Part shown: piece after piece, positions 59,558 to 64,000 of the stretch
Position numbering within the stretch: position 1 is the first letter of the stretch
Layout of the letters: each line of letters starts with the position of its first letter
Source: Callorhinchus milii
Lineage: Eukaryota
NCBI RefSeq assembly: GCF_018977255.1
Contig: NW_024704742.1
Span: 19,532,001-19,596,000 of the forward strand
Length of the DNA: 64,000 bases
Direction of reading: 5' to 3'
Program-made: the position numbers and the translations under genes
The notes under the pieces: generated by a model
What the model saw: only the letters and a program-made list of their open reading frames with translations
Database searches by the model: none
Told to the model about the DNA's origin: nothing

Positions 59558-61305
59558 TGCGGACAGGATTGAGTGGGTTCAGAAGAGAGATCATATTTCC
59601 TCAATTCAAAATGTCTTAACTAAAATGTGAGTTTGTCAAGTGACAATCAACGTTTGGTCGATTAGAAATAGTATGGTGAGTACATTTTATATGTACAATA
59701 ACGTACAATCCGGTGCATGTCACATTTTGGATTTGAGGTCAATTATTATTACTAATAATAATCTTTGCAATTGATATAGCGCTTATCACGTCATTGTGGC
59801 ATCTCAAAACGCTTCACATTATACTGTAAATACCGTATATTCCGTGGGTATTATCACGTATAATGAATATTATTAATACATCATTGCAACCCTGAGATAT
59901 CCTCAGTGATTTTGAAGACACTCCATCCACGGGACACAAAGAGCTGCACTGTAACAATCCTCTACGCTGAGAGAAGATTGTTATATTCGGTTCACCATTT
60001 GCCTCGTTGATGAACGGTACGACAGAAACAAGTTGCAAACCTGCATTGGTGCATGTCGAAGTGATTTAGCCAGACATGACACCATACTGCGAGATAAGAC
60101 CAGGACTATTGTTGAGATTTATTTTTCTAACCAGAGAACATAGCGGAATGTCGCAACTCCAATACATTAGAACTAACACTGAATCCTTCTCCCAGATGGA
60201 AAGCCACATTTTGAATCATAAAAGTCGCTGAGGGTCAGTGCAATTTTTTTAAAAAAATAAAAATATCTTCTCTCCTCGTAAGCTGATAAACCATCCTCTC
60301 GCTCTTCACCGACTGCCATCGGTGTTGATGATGCAGAACAGCCAATTGGGGAATGTCACGTCCAGTCAACCGAGTGAGGGATGATGTGCAAACCAAACAA
60401 ACTGCTGTGCAGGTGACAGCAGATGTCAGCACTCTGTGTCGGGTTAGTACATCAGAAAGGGTGTCTGTGCGAGGTCCTGGAGGGGGGGGTCTGTGGATCT
60501 GATCACCGATAGAAGGGGGAAACAGAGTCAAAAAAAAACATTTCAGTAAAGGTGGTGGGGGGGGGGGGGGGTGTCGAGAGAGAAAAGAAAGAGAGGAAAA
60601 TAACTGTTTCATTGCGACTTTGATTCACATGATGTTGTCGAGGTTGTTTGCTGTCGGGATTGCAACTGGAAGCTTTTTTTTCACAAAACAGCATCAAATA
60701 TCCTGAGCGTGTCCAGGATTCCCGTTTCGGACAGGGATACTGTGCAGCTTGAAATTTAGACCACAGTGACAAGTCGCTGAAGCTTCGATGATGTCCCCCC
60801 CCCCCCCCCCCCCCCCCCGACAGTGTTTGGTGAACCTATTCACCTGCAAACACCAGGAAGCTCGTTGTTGAGACGTTACATATCACTGATCCACTCGTCC
60901 CCACTGCAAAAAAAAATCAAGCCATCCATCCCAAACAAATATATGGTGAATAATTCCGCATGAAATCAGTGGATCTGCAAAGTTAAACAGTGTTATGTCG
61001 TGAAGGTGTTTGTTGTGTCCCTCAGCCAATACCATGGCATAGAATATCATCATTTAATATAACAATCCTCGCATTTTTCGTAGCGCTTTTCACGTCTTCT
61101 CCACGTAGACTGTAAAGTAAAGTGAATTGACTGTGCGTTTGTGGGCGAAGTAGAGTAGAAGTCGAGGTAGATTCGGATGGGAAATCGGTTTGGGATGGTA
61201 TCACTCTGGATCACACCCGTTGCCATCGCAGAAGATATCTTTTCGACTTAGTGCCAACAGGTGGACAACTCTAAACCCAGGGTCATGTGCAATGCTACAG
61301 CCCAT

Positions 61306-61358
61306 CTATATATCTATATATCTCTCTCTCTATATATATATGTGTATATATATATATA
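61306..61358. repeat. (TA)n/(TC)n compound microsatellite
   Basis: Seen directly. Confidence 0.9.
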
Positions 61359-62359
61359 GCTCGTTTCTTCACAACAATAAACACCACACACAGTAAAAGC
61401 TGTGGCTCTGGGGCGCTCCAGACGTTTAAACTGTGTGTGTGTTTTTTTTCCTTTCAGTTTATAACACAAATGCTGCTGAGGGCATCGATTCCATTTCAAA
61501 ACAGTTGCCACACGGCGATGCCTAAAATCAACTCGATTCCCCATCCCCACCCCACCACCCACCCCCCCCCAAAAAAAAAGATTAGATTGATGTTGCAAGT
61601 TGTTTGAAGCGTCGGGTTGACCAGTGAATTTGCATTGGTTTGACGCTTGAATGTACTACTGTTGCAACCATCAGAGGTTTGCACCGAAAGTTAAGTTGCA
61701 ACGTTTAACTCTGCTCAGTTTATTGCTTGGAATTGGGAGGGAGGGAGGGAGGGAGGGAGAGGGAAACAGGCAAAAAAAAAGAATGTAAATAGATAGAAAG
61801 TACAGTACCCTTACAGGGAAAGTTAACACGAAATACAAGGGTATAAATGCTGCATCCCCTGTTAATAGCAACAAGACTCGCTTTAATAATATTGAATGTT
61901 GTACCTGCTTGCTGTGCGAATTGTATTGGTGTTTTTAATCAAAATGCCTTCCCCACTGGTAGATAAAATGGTTTTCCTTCCTCCTAATTGTCTTTCTTTT
62001 TCTCTCCAACTCTATTACAATTGCTCACCCGTCCATAAAAGCAAAGCCATTAAAAATGGAAAGGTAAAGGACCGTGGCAGAGCCATAGAAATGCACAGCA
62101 CAGGAGGGAGCCTTCAGCCCATTGTGTTTGTGCTGTTCTTGTTGGATTTGGCTGAATCAGCAAAGCGGTGACATTTATAAGAATTGAACAACTATAATTT
62201 TGCTGGTTCGCAGCTCTACCAGCTTCGCTGTCGTACCGCACGGCCTAGATTTTTAACCACGCGGCGATAAATGAAACCGTGATTTCGTTTGCAAAAAATG
62301 TCGTAGTTCTGTTCATTGGTTTTAGTAACAAAGCCATTGAACATTTGTTTTTACAAAAC

Positions 62360-62768
62360 CAACAACTACAAGTTACATTTGTGTAGTGCCTTTCGCGTCA
62401 GGAAGATATCCCAAGGTGCTGGGCAGTCAGGGATTTGGACCCCAGCAGGGCGTTGGGATCAGGAGGAGTGGAGGGCAGGGAGGGTAGGGGTAGGACAGTG
62501 GCAAAAGGCGCGGTCGAAGAGGAAGGTCTTGAGACGTGCCTTGAATCAGGCAAGGGAGAAAGCAATGCGACGAGACTGTGGGATGGAAATCCAAAGGGTG
62601 GGGAAAGACCCACCTCAAGACCCTCCTCTTCGACCGTGCTTTCGATCTCCCTGCCCCCTCCCCCACCCCGACCCTCAGCTCGGGTCCGTAATTCTGACTG
62701 TGCAGTGTCTTGGGACGAGCTCCCGATGTGAAAGGCGCTATACAAATGTAACTTTGTTGTTGTTGTTA
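62360..62768. mobile_element. Two L2 3' ends in inverted orientation (minus 62360-62600, plus 62610-62768)
   Basis: Both carry TCAAGACC..CTCTTCGACCG, the GGCRCTAYACAAATGTAAC tail motif and (TTG)n facing outward. Confidence 0.8.
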
Positions 62769-63002
62769 CCACACAAAAATTTTTAAAAATATTTTGACCA
62801 AAATGAATTGCAAATCAAATTACAATGGAACATTTATCGTTGTAACTAAAGGCATTGTAGCAATACTTGCAACATCGTAATGTTCCTCAGTCAATGTGGG
62901 ACCAGAGGGTGAGTAATTGCTCTGGTAAAAGGTACTGTCCTTCCTTGTTGTCCCTTCTCCAATTGTCAGAAATATTGTTGCTTTGTCCCTGAATCAAACA
63001 GC

Positions 63003-63215
63003 AATAATAATAATAATATAATGATATAATAATCCTTGCATTTTATGTAGCGCTTTTCACGTCTTCTAAGTCTCAAAGCGCTTCACAGAATATACAGTAA
63101 AGTGAATTGGTATGTGGATGAAACGTGGCATCCAATTGCGCACAGCAGTGTCCCACAAACAGTCGTGGATTGAGTGACCAAATCATTATTGCTTTTTTCT
63201 TGAGGGATTATTATC
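63003..63215 (-). mobile_element. SINE 3' half
   Basis: (AAT)n tail and body through GTCCCACAAACAGTCGTGGATTG. Confidence 0.9.
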
Positions 63216-64000
63216 AGGCATGTATCTCCCAGTGTTTCTCCTATACACACAACCTCTCCTATATACACACAGCCTCTCCCAGTGCCTATCACAATATTCC
63301 CCACAACAGGGGTAAATTGGACCAGGGATTCGACTCTCACTCTGGAACAGACTAGAGAGAAGAAAATCCTTACCGAGGCAAAAAAAAAGATCTTGAATCT
63401 AGATTCTTGATGGTCAAAAAATGATTGGAATTTAAAGTCACAGAACCTGAAGAATAATGCTTTCAAAAATATATTGTATTCTGGAATGAATATTACGAAG
63501 GGCCCAAACACAACCCAGATTTGTGCATTTGGCTATTTTATAAATTGGTAAATTGTATTTTAAAAGTTTCAAGTTGCGAGTTAAAAAATTGTTGATCTTA
63601 GCGTGGTAGTATACGTTTCAGTGTTAGAAGAAGAGTTAATAAATGGATTAATGTTAAGATGATTTCCCTATATGTGTATTGGAAGTACATTGGGGTAAGT
63701 TGTCACATCCAGCAATAGCTCAGATAAAAACGTTTTGGTTTGAGACATCAAACAACAAGATTACATTTGTCTAGCGCCTTTCACACCGGGACCCACTGAA
63801 AGCGTTAGATGTAGAAACAAGCCAAAATAGAGAGATGAATTAATACATTGAGCAATAATTGTATAAAATAGCTCCCATAAGAATCTAAGTTTATTGCCAC
63901 CTTCCGAATTTCTGCTCAAGATGGGTAATCACAACATTATAGCATTATAACTGGCAATGGTTATCACATCAACCGCAACTGTTGTAAAAAGCATTTATCA

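Overview
Vertebrate, repeat-rich and mostly non-coding DNA. The repeat content points to a cartilaginous fish, probably a holocephalan (inference): a tRNA-Ala-headed SINE with an L2-type tail, SacSINE1-like DeuSINEs, CR1 and L2 LINEs, and shark-type Penelope-like elements. No intact protein-coding ORF is present; almost all ORFs in the track are LINE relics, SINE read-through or low-complexity DNA. Bases 1-54000 hold decayed LINEs, many SINE copies and nested insertions. Two Penelope-like elements (45254-45413 and 50597-51355) each carry a minimal hammerhead ribozyme motif, and the second also has a GIY-YIG endonuclease relic. From about 54.3 kb the sequence visibly keeps its CpGs and looks like a promoter/5' gene region. 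That region has a perfect 95-bp inverted repeat, microsatellites, an exact MORE (POU-dimer) site, a CTCF motif, a candidate non-coding exon and a candidate signal-peptide exon (MWFHIQFSLVMLVAR|, + strand, phase-1 donor). The host gene is not identified. Repeat boundaries were read by eye and are approximate. I found no convincing new multi-gene system.
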